Source: an uncultured Spirochaetota bacterium (GTDB lineage Bacteria; Spirochaetota; UBA4802; UBA5550). Taken from it: 64,000 nt of DNA. A program made the translations under genes and the position numbers. Numbering within the stretch: the first letter of the stretch is position 1; the number at the start of each line of letters is the position of its first letter. This document shows, piece by piece, positions 48,783 to 58,742 of this stretch. The stretch lies in NCBI GenBank assembly GCA_963827275.1, contig CAWHAA010000008.1, positions 192,001-256,000 of the forward strand, given 5' to 3'. The notes beneath the pieces are model-generated. The model was not told the origin of the DNA, ran no database searches, and worked only from the letters and a program-made list of their open reading frames with translations.

Positions 48783-49811
48783 TCATTTCACGTGGGGCAG
48801 GAGCAGCACCTTAATCGAGTCGGCCGCCCCCGCGACCAGGGAGAACCCGCGGCCCGCCTGCTCCAGCGGCAGGCGGTGGGTGATCATCTCCTCCACCGGG
48901 ACGCGCCGCGCCCTGATGAGGTCCATGGCGACCATGATGTCCGCGGGGCTCCCGCCGTATGACGGCAGCAGGGCGATCCCGTTGCGCCAGAAGTCGTTTA
49001 TCGGCACCGCGAGGTTGACCCCGGGTTCGGTCGGCGCGAAGCAGAGCACCGTGCCGCCCCGGTCGACGGACTTCAGCGCCTGCTCGAACACTGAAAGGGC
49101 GCCGGCGCACACGATGGCCAGGTCCGCGTGCCTGCCGTCGTTCAGCTCCCTGACCCGCGCCGGCACGTCTTCGGACGCGTGAATGACCGCGTCAGCGCCG
49201 AAGCGCTTCGCCGCGTCAAGCCGGTACCGGGTGATGTCGGTCGCGATGATACGGCCCGCCCCGAGCGCCTTTGCCAGGGCGATGTGCAGCAGCCCCGACA
49301 TCCCGCTTCCCATGACGACCACGCTCTGTCCCGGGACGAGGCGGGCGACCCTCTGGCCGCGCACCACGCAGGCAAGGGGCTCAATGAAGGTGCCCTGGTC
49401 ATACGACATGTCGTCGGGAAGAAGAAATACGCCGCGGTCCACGTTGAGCGCCGGCACGCGCAGATACTCGGCGAACCCGCCGGGGAAAAAATTGGTGGTG
49501 TGGAGCGTCTCGCACGCGGTGTGGTTCCCGGTGAGACAGTAGCGGCAGGTGTTGCAGGGGATGTGGTGAGAGACGAAGACGCGCTGGCCCGCGCGGTAAC
49601 GGTCGACCGTATCGCCGGTCTTCACGATCTCACCGGCGATTTCATGGCCCAGCACCAGGGGTGCCTTCTTGATGCGGTACCATTCCATGACGTCGCTCCC
49701 GCAGATGCCGCTGGCCATGACCTTCACCAGCATCTCTCCCGGCCCGATCTCCGGCACCGGCATCTCCTCTATCCTGACGTCCCTGTTGTTGTAGTATGTT
49801 GCTACGCGCAT
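48783..49811 (-). CDS. Zinc-dependent (MDR) dehydrogenase
   Basis: GICGSD, GHE, CxxCxxC-x7-C, EPLAC, GSGMSG. Confidence 0.93.
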   Translation of the reverse strand: MRVATYYNNRDVRIEEMPVPEIGPGEMLVKVMASGICGSDVMEWYRIKKAPLVLGHEIAGEIVKTGDTVDRYRAGQRVFVSHHIPCNTCRYCLTGNHTACETLHTTNFFPGGFAEYLRVPALNVDRGVFLLPDDMSYDQGTFIEPLACVVRGQRVARLVPGQSVVVMGSGMSGLLHIALAKALGAGRIIATDITRYRLDAAKRFGADAVIHASEDVPARVRELNDGRHADLAIVCAGALSVFEQALKSVDRGGTVLCFAPTEPGVNLAVPINDFWRNGIALLPSYGGSPADIMVAMDLIRARRVPVEEMITHRLPLEQAGRGFSLVAGAADSIKVLLLPHVK

Positions 49812-49821
49812 GGGCGTTCCC

Positions 49822-50718
49822 CTACCTGCAGCGTTCCTTTGCTTTACGGTAAATCTCCGCCGCCTCGCGCGGCGCGGCCTTTTTGTGGATCACCGCGTGG
49901 AGGGCCTTCGCCATGGCGACCGGGTAAGGGTTCTGCCACACGTTCCTTCCCAGGTTCACCCCGATCGCCCCCTTCTGCATGCCGTCATGCACGAACGTAA
50001 AGACCTCGAGCTCGGTTTCGCATATGGGCCCGCCCGCCATGACCACCGGGACGGGGCAGCCGTTCGTGACCTTCTCGAAATTTTCGCACCAGTAGGTCTT
50101 GACCACCTTCGCGCCGAGCTCGGCGACGATGCGGCAGCAGAGCCCCAGGTAGCGGGCGTCGCGTTTTTCCAGCTCCTTGCCGACCGCGGTCACGGCCATG
50201 ACGGGTATCCCGTACTTCTCGCATTCGTTCACCAGGGCGCTGAGGTTGCCCAGGGACTGCTTCTCGTACTCGGTGCCGATGAAGACAGACACGCCGACCG
50301 CGCATACGTTGAGCCGGATGATGTCATCGATGGAGGTGGTGATGATCTCGTTCGCGAGGTCCTTCCCCACCACGCTGGTCCCTCCCGATACCCTGAGGAT
50401 GATCGGGGTGTCGCAGTCAGGGTCGATGCTGCTCCGGAGGACCCCGCGGGTCACGAACAGCGCATCGCTGTAGGCGAGCAGTTCGCGGACCGTATCGCCC
50501 GGACGCTCAAGGCAGCGGGTCGGCCCCTGGAAATAGCCGTGGTCGATCGGCATGAAGAAGCAATGGCCGTCCTTCTGTATAAGGCGCGACAGCCGGTTCC
50601 TCATTCCCCAGTCCATGTGATCTGATCCCAGTATCTCTTTTCCCCTGACGGCCCTGGGGCGTTTTGCCCCCATTTCAGATAGGTCCCGTGCTTCAAGAAT
50701 CCCTTCTGCGTCTGCCAT
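49822..50718 (-). CDS. lsrF: 3-hydroxy-5-phosphonooxypentane-2,4-dione thiolase (LsrF, class I aldolase-like)
   Basis: MDWGMRNRLSR, DHGYFQGPT, AELGA..VKTY, CPVPVVMAGG, GRNVWQ. Confidence 0.88.
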   Translation of the reverse strand: MADAEGILEARDLSEMGAKRPRAVRGKEILGSDHMDWGMRNRLSRLIQKDGHCFFMPIDHGYFQGPTRCLERPGDTVRELLAYSDALFVTRGVLRSSIDPDCDTPIILRVSGGTSVVGKDLANEIITTSIDDIIRLNVCAVGVSVFIGTEYEKQSLGNLSALVNECEKYGIPVMAVTAVGKELEKRDARYLGLCCRIVAELGAKVVKTYWCENFEKVTNGCPVPVVMAGGPICETELEVFTFVHDGMQKGAIGVNLGRNVWQNPYPVAMAKALHAVIHKKAAPREAAEIYRKAKERCR

Positions 50719-50911
50719 GTGCGGCCTCCTTACGGATTAACGGTTATCCGGGCTACGGTACTGATGTGCGCGGACAATAGTATTCCATTAAAAATTATAG
50801 TAGTCAATCATGTCACTATTGATCAGGTTCCGGCGTGCACCGGTACGCCGGTGCGGTGGTTAGTTTAATACAGAAACGTGAGGTCTTTTGTCAAGAATGT
50901 TTTCCCCGGGG

Positions 50912-50940
50912 TTGACGGGCGTCAGTTATAGCGTTATATT
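50912..50940 (+). promoter_or_regulatory. Sigma70-type promoter
   Basis: TTGACG-17 nt-TATATT upstream of the acyl-CoA ligase. Confidence 0.65.
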
Positions 50941-51015
50941 TATTGTAATATTGTATGACAAATCTGCGCATTGTTATGCTGGAATGCCAGCACATTACAG
51001 GAGGAGGCTCTTGGT

Positions 51016-52686
51016 ATGGAAAAAACATGGTATAAATCGTATGCCGCCGATGTTCCGTACAATCTCCAGTATCAGAACATTACCGTAGCGGAAGCGCTCG
51101 CGAAGAATGCCGACCTGTTTCCCGATTCCACCGCCCTCATCTTTCTTGACGCCAGGATTTCCTACCGGCGCCTCAATGAAATGGCCAACAGCTTCGCCAA
51201 TGCCCTGATCGGCATGGGGGTCAAGCCCGGCGACAGGGTCGCGATGCTGATGCCTAACATGCCGCAGATCGTGATCGCCACGTACGGCGCATGGAAGGCG
51301 GGGGCCGTTGTCGTTATGAACAATCCACTCTATACCGACCATGAGCTCGAATACCAGCTCAATAACTCGGGCTCAACCGTGCTGGTGACGCTGGACCTCC
51401 TCGCGCCGCGCATGATCGCGCTCAGGCCGAAGCTCCCGGTGAAAAAAATTGTCGTTGCCCACATCAGGGACCACCTGGGCTTCCCGAAGAAGCAGCTCCT
51501 TCCCATAGTGGCGAAGGACAAGCACAGGGATATCCCGAAGACGCCCGATGTGTATGAGTGGATGGACCTCCTCAAAAACAACCCGTCGACCGATACCGGG
51601 ATCAGGGTCGCGTTTGAGAGCCTCGCCACTCTCCAGTACACCGGCGGGACCACCGGCGTGAGCAAGGGCGTCATGCTGACACACAAGAACCTTTCGAGCA
51701 ACGTGCAGCAGATCGAGGCCTGGTTTCCCGGTTTCGCCAAGGGAGAGATGGTCGAGCTCGGCGTGCTCCCCTTTTTCCATTCGTTCGGGCTCACCTGCGT
51801 CATGAATTTCTGCATCTGGATGGCCGGGGCGGACGTGCTGATCCCCCGCCCGGAGCCGCTGGCGGTGCTTGAGGCGATCCACAAGCACAAGGTGACGTTT
51901 TACCCGGCGGTGCCGACGATATACGTCGGCCTGCTGAACCATCCGAAGCTGGCGAAGTATGACGTCTCTTCCATCGTGGGGTGCTTCTCGGGCGCCGCCC
52001 CGCTCCCGCTAGAGGTGATTAAGGCCTTCGAAGAGAAGACCGGCTCGCAGATTTGCGAGGGCTACGGCCTCTCAGAAACCAGCCCCGTGGTCACGATCAA
52101 TCCGTGGGGCGGCACAACGAAAGTGGGGTCCATCGGCCTGCCAATATCCGATACCGAGCTGCGGATCGTCGACCTTGATGATGGGACAAAGGATATGCCC
52201 GCGGGAGAGCCGGGCGAGGTGATCATCCGGGGACCGCAGGTGACGGCCGGCTACTATAACATGCCGGAAGAGACCGCGAAGACGGTGAAGGACGGATGGC
52301 TCTACACGGGAGATATCGGGAAGATGGACGAGGAGGGCTTCTTCTATATCGTCGACCGGAAGAAGGACATGATCATCGCCGGGGGCTACAACATCTACCC
52401 GCGCGATATCGACGAGGTCCTGTTCGAGCACCCGAAGATACTGGAGGCCTGCGCCATCGGGGTCCCGGACCAGTACCGGGGCGAGACGGTCAAGGCGTTC
52501 GTGGTGCTCCGGCCGGACCAGACGCTGACGGAGCAGGAGGTCATCGATTTCTGCAAGGAGAAGCTCGCCAAGTACAAGGTGCCCACCGCGGTAGAATTCA
52601 TCGATTCTCTGCCGAAGAGCGCGGTGGGAAAGATACTCAGGAAAGAGCTGCGGGCCATGGAGCTCGCGAAAATGCAGAAGAAGTAA
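51016..52686 (+). CDS. fadD: Long-chain fatty acid--CoA ligase
   Basis: QYTGGTTGVSKG, EGYGLSE, GWLYTGD, DRKKDMII, PKSAVGKILR; GGAGG RBS. Confidence 0.92.
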   Translation: MEKTWYKSYAADVPYNLQYQNITVAEALAKNADLFPDSTALIFLDARISYRRLNEMANSFANALIGMGVKPGDRVAMLMPNMPQIVIATYGAWKAGAVVVMNNPLYTDHELEYQLNNSGSTVLVTLDLLAPRMIALRPKLPVKKIVVAHIRDHLGFPKKQLLPIVAKDKHRDIPKTPDVYEWMDLLKNNPSTDTGIRVAFESLATLQYTGGTTGVSKGVMLTHKNLSSNVQQIEAWFPGFAKGEMVELGVLPFFHSFGLTCVMNFCIWMAGADVLIPRPEPLAVLEAIHKHKVTFYPAVPTIYVGLLNHPKLAKYDVSSIVGCFSGAAPLPLEVIKAFEEKTGSQICEGYGLSETSPVVTINPWGGTTKVGSIGLPISDTELRIVDLDDGTKDMPAGEPGEVIIRGPQVTAGYYNMPEETAKTVKDGWLYTGDIGKMDEEGFFYIVDRKKDMIIAGGYNIYPRDIDEVLFEHPKILEACAIGVPDQYRGETVKAFVVLRPDQTLTEQEVIDFCKEKLAKYKVPTAVEFIDSLPKSAVGKILRKELRAMELAKMQKK

Positions 52687-52687
52687 T

Positions 52688-52724
52688 AACAGAAAGGCCC
52701 CCTGTGAAGGGGGCCCTGTTGTTT
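52688..52724. terminator. Terminator hairpin between convergent genes
   Basis: GGCCCCCT-GTGA-AGGGGGCC flanked by AACAG/CTGTT. Confidence 0.75.
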
Positions 52725-52729
52725 CAGGC

Positions 52730-53515
52730 TTACTTGGCGCCGAGCCCGCCGTCGACCGCAATCACCGCGCCGGTGACGTAATCTGACGCCTTTGACGCGA
52801 GGAAGAGGGCAAGCCCCTTGATCTCGTTTTCTTCTCCCACCTTCCCGAGCGGGATCTGCGCCACCATCGCGTTGAACAACGGCTTCATCTCGGGCTTGAA
52901 CACGTATTCCATCATGTCAGTATGGAAAAACCCGGGTGCAATGGCGTTGACCTGTATGTTGTACTGCCCGAGCTTGACGGCCAGGTTCTTGGTGAGGATC
53001 TCGACCGCCGCCTTCGTGGAGTTGTAGGGCACCGCCGGGTGCGCTATTTCGAGTGATCCGCGCGAGCCGAACACCGAGGAGATGTTGATTATCTTGCCGC
53101 CGCCTTTTTCCTTCATGATCCTCGCGACCTGCTGGGTGAGGATCCACAGGCCGCGCACGTTGACGTTGAACAGCTTGTCCCACTTGTCGAGCGGGAAGTC
53201 GAGGGTGGGCGCGCCCCAGGTGATGCCGGCGTTGTTCACCAGAATGTCCACCGAGCCGAGCTCCTGCACCGCCGTTTTTACAAGGTTGTCAATGTCTTCC
53301 TTCAATTCCATGTCGCATTTGACAGGGATGGCCTTCACGCCGAGCTTCCTGAGCTCTACCGCTTCTTTTTCGAGGTTCTGGATCTTGCGCGACGCTATCA
53401 CGACGTCCGCGCCGGCTTCCGCCAGCCCGGCGGCGATAAAGCTCCCGATGCCCCTTCCACCGCCGGTTACGATCGCTTTTTTCCCTTTGACATCGAACAA
53501 TTCTTTGACGTTCAT
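52730..53515 (-). CDS. SDR family oxidoreductase
   Basis: TGGGRGIG, NNAG, YNSTK, VNAIAPG, VDGG; AAGGAG RBS. Confidence 0.93.
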   Translation of the reverse strand: MNVKELFDVKGKKAIVTGGGRGIGSFIAAGLAEAGADVVIASRKIQNLEKEAVELRKLGVKAIPVKCDMELKEDIDNLVKTAVQELGSVDILVNNAGITWGAPTLDFPLDKWDKLFNVNVRGLWILTQQVARIMKEKGGGKIINISSVFGSRGSLEIAHPAVPYNSTKAAVEILTKNLAVKLGQYNIQVNAIAPGFFHTDMMEYVFKPEMKPLFNAMVAQIPLGKVGEENEIKGLALFLASKASDYVTGAVIAVDGGLGAK

Positions 53516-53797
53516 ATTCGACTCCTTCTCTGTATGATGATGCCCGTTATGAGCCCTGCGGGGATTATTATTCAATCCGATGCATTATATACAAGAAAAA
53601 TTTTTTTTAGATACGGGTGATGGTATACCGGCGGCCCGCGCATGCGTGGTATTTATTGTTTTTTGGGAAAAAATCATTTGAAAAAAAGATGACGGCATGT
53701 AGTATCAATAACGGGGCACCGGGAAGACGGCTGTACCCGTTCAGCCGTATCCTCCTTATCCGCAGGTCGCATCATTATTACAATATCGGAGGGAGCC

Positions 53798-54640
53798 ATG
53801 GTACAGGTCGATATCGTCTGGTCTTACGCGTTCGGGGCAACATTCGCGGCCGCAGCCGCCCGCCAGCTGGAAAAGGAGGAAAAGCCGTTTGATAACAAAT
53901 GGTTTATCTTCATCCTTCTCTTTCTTTCGATCTTTTTTGCGCCGTCGGGCCTCTATCTCCTGTGGGAGCATACCCAGTGGGAAACCATGCAGGTTGCGAC
54001 GAAATTCGACGACATACCCGCATGGCTCGTGACAGCGTTCGCGGTGACCAACATTACCCAGGGCATCCTCGGGTACTGGACCACGTTCAGGCTGATAAAG
54101 AAAAAAAATTATTACGGCGCCCATGTCAACTGGATGGCCGCATGGATCATTTTCTGGTTTATCCTGGTGTGCGGGTGGGACTGCACCGGGTGGCAGCGCT
54201 TCCTCTATGACATGAGCGTGATGGGCGGCGAGCTCTGGGCGCCGGGGAAGCAGATGGGCCTTTCATTCTTCTACGCGAGCCGCGTCTGGTGGACCCTTGT
54301 CGTGATGGGGGTCTTCTTCGCGCCGATGCTTATCTATGGATACCTGAACTTCACCATTGAAGGCGCGAAGATGGACCCGTCCATCGGAAAGGAAAAGGCG
54401 CCGGGTGTCATAACCGTGCTGGTGCTCTATTTCGGCGCCCAGTGGGTCGTGTGCCTGGGCCTTGCCGTCCTCGCGGCCCTGACGGTCATGGGGATCAGGG
54501 AGCTGACCGGCAGCCTGCCCGCGGCCTACTGTATCGGCGTGCCGGTCTTTTCAATTTTTGCGTACCGCATGCTCTTCAGGAGAAGAATGCCGATGCATCT
54601 TCTCGCGAAGCGGCTCTACGTGAAGGAACCGGGCGAATAG
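53798..54640 (+). CDS. Hypothetical polytopic membrane protein
   Basis: GGAGG RBS; about 7 TMs; distinctive MVQVDIVWSY, FAPSGLYLLW...WETM, GWDCTGWQRF segments. Confidence 0.8.
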   Translation: MVQVDIVWSYAFGATFAAAAARQLEKEEKPFDNKWFIFILLFLSIFFAPSGLYLLWEHTQWETMQVATKFDDIPAWLVTAFAVTNITQGILGYWTTFRLIKKKNYYGAHVNWMAAWIIFWFILVCGWDCTGWQRFLYDMSVMGGELWAPGKQMGLSFFYASRVWWTLVVMGVFFAPMLIYGYLNFTIEGAKMDPSIGKEKAPGVITVLVLYFGAQWVVCLGLAVLAALTVMGIRELTGSLPAAYCIGVPVFSIFAYRMLFRRRMPMHLLAKRLYVKEPGE

Positions 54641-54709
54641 GACGGACCCGGTCCGCGCCGGGCCCCGGTCGGGTCGGAACGGGGGCCGGCGCTTGTCATG
54701 ACCGGCGCT

Positions 54710-55888
54710 TCAGCCGTTGTAGGTGCACCGCATTTCGCCCATGTACATGGTGGCGACGCAGCTGTTGCAGGGCCCGCAGCGCAGGCACTTGGATACATGC
54801 GCGGGGTCATTCTTCATCCTGTTGACGAACTCCGGGTCCGCCACCAGGGCGCGCGCGATGGCCACGAAGTCGAACCCCCTGTCAAGCACCTCGTCGATTT
54901 TTCTCCGGGACACGATGCCGCCCACGTAAACCAGGGGGAGCGTTACCGCCTCGCGGACCCTGAGCGCGTCCTCGAGGAAAAAGGCCTCCTGGTAGGGATA
55001 GTCCTTGATCATGATGCGGGAAAAGCCGATCATCCCGATCTTGATGAGGAGGTCCTGCTGGTAGCTGATGAGCTCTTTGTGCGGCGTGAGTCCCCGCATC
55101 ATGTAGAAGGGGGTCTGGCTCACAAACCCGCCGGAGAGCACCAGCGCGTCGGCGCCTTCCTGCTCGAGGATCTTCGCAACCGCGATGCCCTCTTCCTTGT
55201 CCATGCCGCCGCGGAACCCGTCATCGAGGTTGGTCTTCACCAGCACGGCGATTTTCCCGCCTGCCGCTTTCCGCACCTCAGCCATCACCATTCGCAGGAA
55301 CCGGGCGCGGTTTTCGAGCGGGCCGCCGTAGCGGTCGGTGCGCCGGTTGGTATAGGGCGACAGGAACTGGCTGATGAGATAGCCGTGTCCGGCATGTATC
55401 TCCACCGCGTCGAACCCGGACTCCCGCGCCAGGGCCACGGCCCGGCCGTGCGCGCGCGCCATTTCTTCAATCTCCGTCTCTGACATTCTCCGGGGGATGG
55501 TAAGGCCGAACAGGGTCAGCCTGGCGGAGGGCGCGACGGCCCGCTGGCCGGAGACCTTTCTGTCGGCCATGTTGCCGGCATGGCCGAGCTGGACCGACGC
55601 GGCGGCGCCCTCGCGGTGCACTGCATCGGTGAGCTTTTTCATGTCCGGGACAATCTCGGGGCGCATCCACGCCTGGTGGCTGAAGGTGCGGCCTCCGTCG
55701 GCGACCGAGACATAGGCCACGGTGGTCATGCCGATTCCGCCCGCCGCGACCGAGCGGTGATAATTGATGAGGGACTGCGATGGCACGCCGCCGGGGCACA
55801 TTCCCTCGAAGCCGGCCGACCGTATGGTCCGGTTCCTGATCGTGAGCGGGCCGATGGTGCCGGGGGTGAAGAGCTTGCTTTCTGTCAT
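54710..55888 (-). CDS. NADH:flavin oxidoreductase (Old Yellow Enzyme family)
   Basis: IRNRTIRSA, QLGHAG, GFDAVEIHAGHGYLISQFLSP..N.RTD.YGG..ENRARF, C-terminal Cys cluster. Confidence 0.93.
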   Translation of the reverse strand: MTESKLFTPGTIGPLTIRNRTIRSAGFEGMCPGGVPSQSLINYHRSVAAGGIGMTTVAYVSVADGGRTFSHQAWMRPEIVPDMKKLTDAVHREGAAASVQLGHAGNMADRKVSGQRAVAPSARLTLFGLTIPRRMSETEIEEMARAHGRAVALARESGFDAVEIHAGHGYLISQFLSPYTNRRTDRYGGPLENRARFLRMVMAEVRKAAGGKIAVLVKTNLDDGFRGGMDKEEGIAVAKILEQEGADALVLSGGFVSQTPFYMMRGLTPHKELISYQQDLLIKIGMIGFSRIMIKDYPYQEAFFLEDALRVREAVTLPLVYVGGIVSRRKIDEVLDRGFDFVAIARALVADPEFVNRMKNDPAHVSKCLRCGPCNSCVATMYMGEMRCTYNG

Positions 55889-56061
55889 GACGAGTGATCC
55901 TTGTGCCGTAATATTTTTCCTGTTAGATGCCCCGGTCCGGGGAAGGATGTCAACTTTTTTAAGTTCATATTGTTTGACATTTTGTCGCTGCGTTGAGCAT
56001 ATGTCAGCGTACGCATCATGGGCGTGCGGCCGCATAACCGCGCTTACAGGGAGACTTCGTC

Positions 56062-56885
56062 ATGAAAAATCCATACAGAAGACAAGACCGCGTTCGTCAC
56101 CGGCGGGGGTTCCGGGATCGGCCGGGCGCTGTGCGAGGAGCTGGCGGCGCGGGGCGCCGCGGTCATCGTCACGGACATCAACATGAAGGAGGCGGAACGT
56201 ACGGCGGCATCAATCGCGGCGCGCGGCGGCGTGTCGCGCGCGCAGGCGCTCGACGTGTCCGATGAGACGGCGGTGTTCCGCGCGGTGGAGGCGGCGGCGG
56301 AATCAGGGGGCATCGATTATTATTTCAACAATGCCGGCATCGGGATCTCCGCCGACGCGCTCGACCTGACCATGCAGCAGTGGCGGAAGGTGTTTGACGT
56401 GAATCTGTTCGGCGTGCTGTACGGCACCATGGCGGCCTACGGCGTCATGGCCCGGCGCGGCTGCGGCCACATCGTCAACACCTCGTCCATGGCGGGGTTC
56501 GCGCCCTTTTCGATCAACACCCCCTACACGGCGGCGAAGTACGGCGTGGTGGGCCTCACCGACGCCCTGCGCCACGAGGCGGCGGGCCGGGGCGTGCGCA
56601 TGACCCTGGTCTGCCCCGGCATAGTCAGGACCGGCTTTTACGACGCGATCGAGATCATCGGCACCACGCGGGAGACCTACATGTCGTGGATGCCGCGGCG
56701 CCTGATCACGCCGGAGCGCGCGGCGAAGATCATTCTGTGACGGCGTGGCGAAAAACAGGAAGACGATAATCTTTCCGCTCCACGCGCGGCTCCTCTGGTG
56801 GGTGAAGAAGCTGGCCCCCGGGACGCTCGATATCATGAATAAAGTGATGGTGAAAAAATACCGGTCGCTGCGGGCGGGCAACTAG
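56062..56885 (+). CDS. SDR family oxidoreductase split by two +1 frameshifts (~56077-56080 and ~56738)
   Basis: MKNPY start joins DKTAFVTGGGSGIG; NNAG, YTAAK; after IIL the typical tail DGVAKNRKTIIFP continues in the next frame to TAG at 56883-56885. Confidence 0.8.
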
Positions 56886-57245
56886 CGGAACATGTCCTCG
56901 ATCCATTCGATCGCGTCGTCGCTGATCGAGACGAGGTCGAAGCGGAAGGTGATCTCCGGGCGGTTGTAGTCCGGCCGCTCGGCGATGAAGGCGCGCGCCG
57001 CAGTTTTCAGGCTGCTCTTTTTTCTGCTGCTGATTGAATAGAGGGCGCCGCCGTGGCGCTCGGAGCCGGCGGTTCTTCACTTCGGCGAAAATGACCAGGT
57101 CGCCCCGGCGGGCAATGATGTCGATTTCGCCGTACCGGCCGAAGCGGTAATTCCGCTCAATGAGCTCGAATCCCCTGTCCCGGAGAAACCCCGCAGCCAG
57201 GTCTTCCCCCCTGGCGCCCATCTCGCGGTTGTTCACCGGTCCCAC
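56882..57245 (-). CDS. yraN: YraN family endonuclease-like protein, split by a +1 frameshift near 57065
   Basis: GEDLAA.FL..RG..IERNYR, GEIDII, FAEVK in one frame; ALYSISSRKK.SL..AA...FRFDLV...IEDMFR in the next. Confidence 0.85.
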
Positions 57246-57254
57246 GCACGCGGC

Positions 57255-58466
57255 CTATAGCACGTCGAAGATATTGATGCCCACTTCCGCCTCGTCGAGG
57301 GCGCGGGCGATGTAGAGCGAGGATTCCGTCAGCAGGTTGATGATGAGGGTCTTTTCGATGCGCATCCGGTCCTTGTCGAAGACGAGCTTGATGATGGGCC
57401 GGAGCGGTTTTTCCGGCACCGACCCGATGATGATGCCGATGGAGCCGTCGTTCAGCTCCACGATGGAGCCGATCGGATAGACCGACATGCAGGAGAGAAA
57501 TACGCGCAGTATGACCGGGTCGAACTTGTTCACGCCGCTGCTTAACAGATTCCGCATGGCGTGATAGAAGAAGACCTTTTTCCTGTAGCTGCGGTTCGTG
57601 ATCTGCGCCTCGTAGCTGTCGGCGATCGCGGCGATACGGGCGAATTCGTCGATATCGTTGCCGCGGAGCCCGCGGGGATAGCCCTTGCCGTCGAATTGCT
57701 CGTGGTGCTGGAGCGATACCATGGCCGAGCTTTCCTTTATCTTGCCCAGCTCCTTCAGCGCCTTGTAGCCGAGGAGCGGGTGCGTTTTTATCTGGTTGTA
57801 TTCCTGGTCGGTCAGGTTCGACTGCTTGTGGATGATGTACACCGGCAGCTTGATCATGCCCGCGTCGATGAGAAGGGTGCCGAGCCCGAGGTCGTTGAGC
57901 TTGATGGGGCTGTATTTCAGGGCCATGCCGATGATGAGGGAATAGAAGGTCACGTTGACCGAATGGGTCAGGGTGTAGTCTTTCCCCTCGTCAAGCCCGT
58001 AGAGGAAGAGGAATATATTGCTGTTTTCCCTTAACAGCCGGATGATGCTCTGGACCGATTCATCGAGGTCGCGGGTTTCGAAGGGGGTGTTGTTTTTTAT
58101 CGCCCGGTGCACGGCCTCGACGGCGTTACGGGCGCGGCCGTGCACTTCGATGAGGGCCTTGCGCTTTTTCAGGAGCTCGTTGTAGTCGGCGAGGATCTTT
58201 TTTTCTTTTTCGGTGTCCCCGTTTTTGGACGACTTGACGGTTATTTTTTCAACTTCCTTCCCTTTGCCCGGCTCGACCCGCTTGACGAGTACGCCTGCCG
58301 TTTCCACCTCGGTTATTCCCCAGGTCATCAGCTTCTTGATATCGGTTTCCTTGACCGGCGTATTGGCCGAGATGAGCATGTTATTGCTGTCAACATAGAT
58401 GGGTTTGTCGAAGATCATCCCGGGCTTGAGTTCTTCCACCAGTATTTTTTTCATTTTTGACATCAC
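57255..58466 (-). CDS. HD-GYP domain protein
   Basis: HSVNV, LLIDAG (HD replaced by ID), HP..GY, QHHE.FDGKGYP.GL, AIADSYEA, YPIGS.VELNDG. Confidence 0.88.
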   Translation of the reverse strand: MMSKMKKILVEELKPGMIFDKPIYVDSNNMLISANTPVKETDIKKLMTWGITEVETAGVLVKRVEPGKGKEVEKITVKSSKNGDTEKEKKILADYNELLKKRKALIEVHGRARNAVEAVHRAIKNNTPFETRDLDESVQSIIRLLRENSNIFLFLYGLDEGKDYTLTHSVNVTFYSLIIGMALKYSPIKLNDLGLGTLLIDAGMIKLPVYIIHKQSNLTDQEYNQIKTHPLLGYKALKELGKIKESSAMVSLQHHEQFDGKGYPRGLRGNDIDEFARIAAIADSYEAQITNRSYRKKVFFYHAMRNLLSSGVNKFDPVILRVFLSCMSVYPIGSIVELNDGSIGIIIGSVPEKPLRPIIKLVFDKDRMRIEKTLIINLLTESSLYIARALDEAEVGINIFDVL

Positions 58467-58741
58467 AGAATTCCCATGTTGTCCAGTTTCGCCCTGAATT
58501 CTGAATTTATCCTATAACAATACGCCAGAACTTCGGAAACCGCCCTGAACAGGGTTTCCGGTATTTCGCTCCCTTCCGACAACTGGGAAAGCGTCTGCGC
58601 CAGATCAGAATCTTTATATACGGTAATGTTGTATGTATCGGCAATCTCGATCAATTTATCGAACAAGATCCCCCTGGCAATCGCCAGGATCTTCGGAATA
58701 TCACCCGAATATTCCAGCGCGACCCCGATTTTTTCCTTCAT
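58463..58741 (-). CDS. EscU/YscU/FlhB C-terminal-like switch protein
   Basis: VALEY...PKILA.ARG...LIEIA...IPE.LF.AVSEVLAY. Confidence 0.85.
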   Translation of the reverse strand: MKEKIGVALEYSGDIPKILAIARGILFDKLIEIADTYNITVYKDSDLAQTLSQLSEGSEIPETLFRAVSEVLAYCYRINSEFRAKLDNMGIL

Positions 58742-58742
58742 T

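Noticed and set aside
56735..56760. TGA at 56738-56740 in the SDR as a possible Sec codon
   Set aside because: In-frame read-through gives non-SDR sequence; the proper tail DGVAKNRKTIIFP is in the +1 frame, so this is an indel
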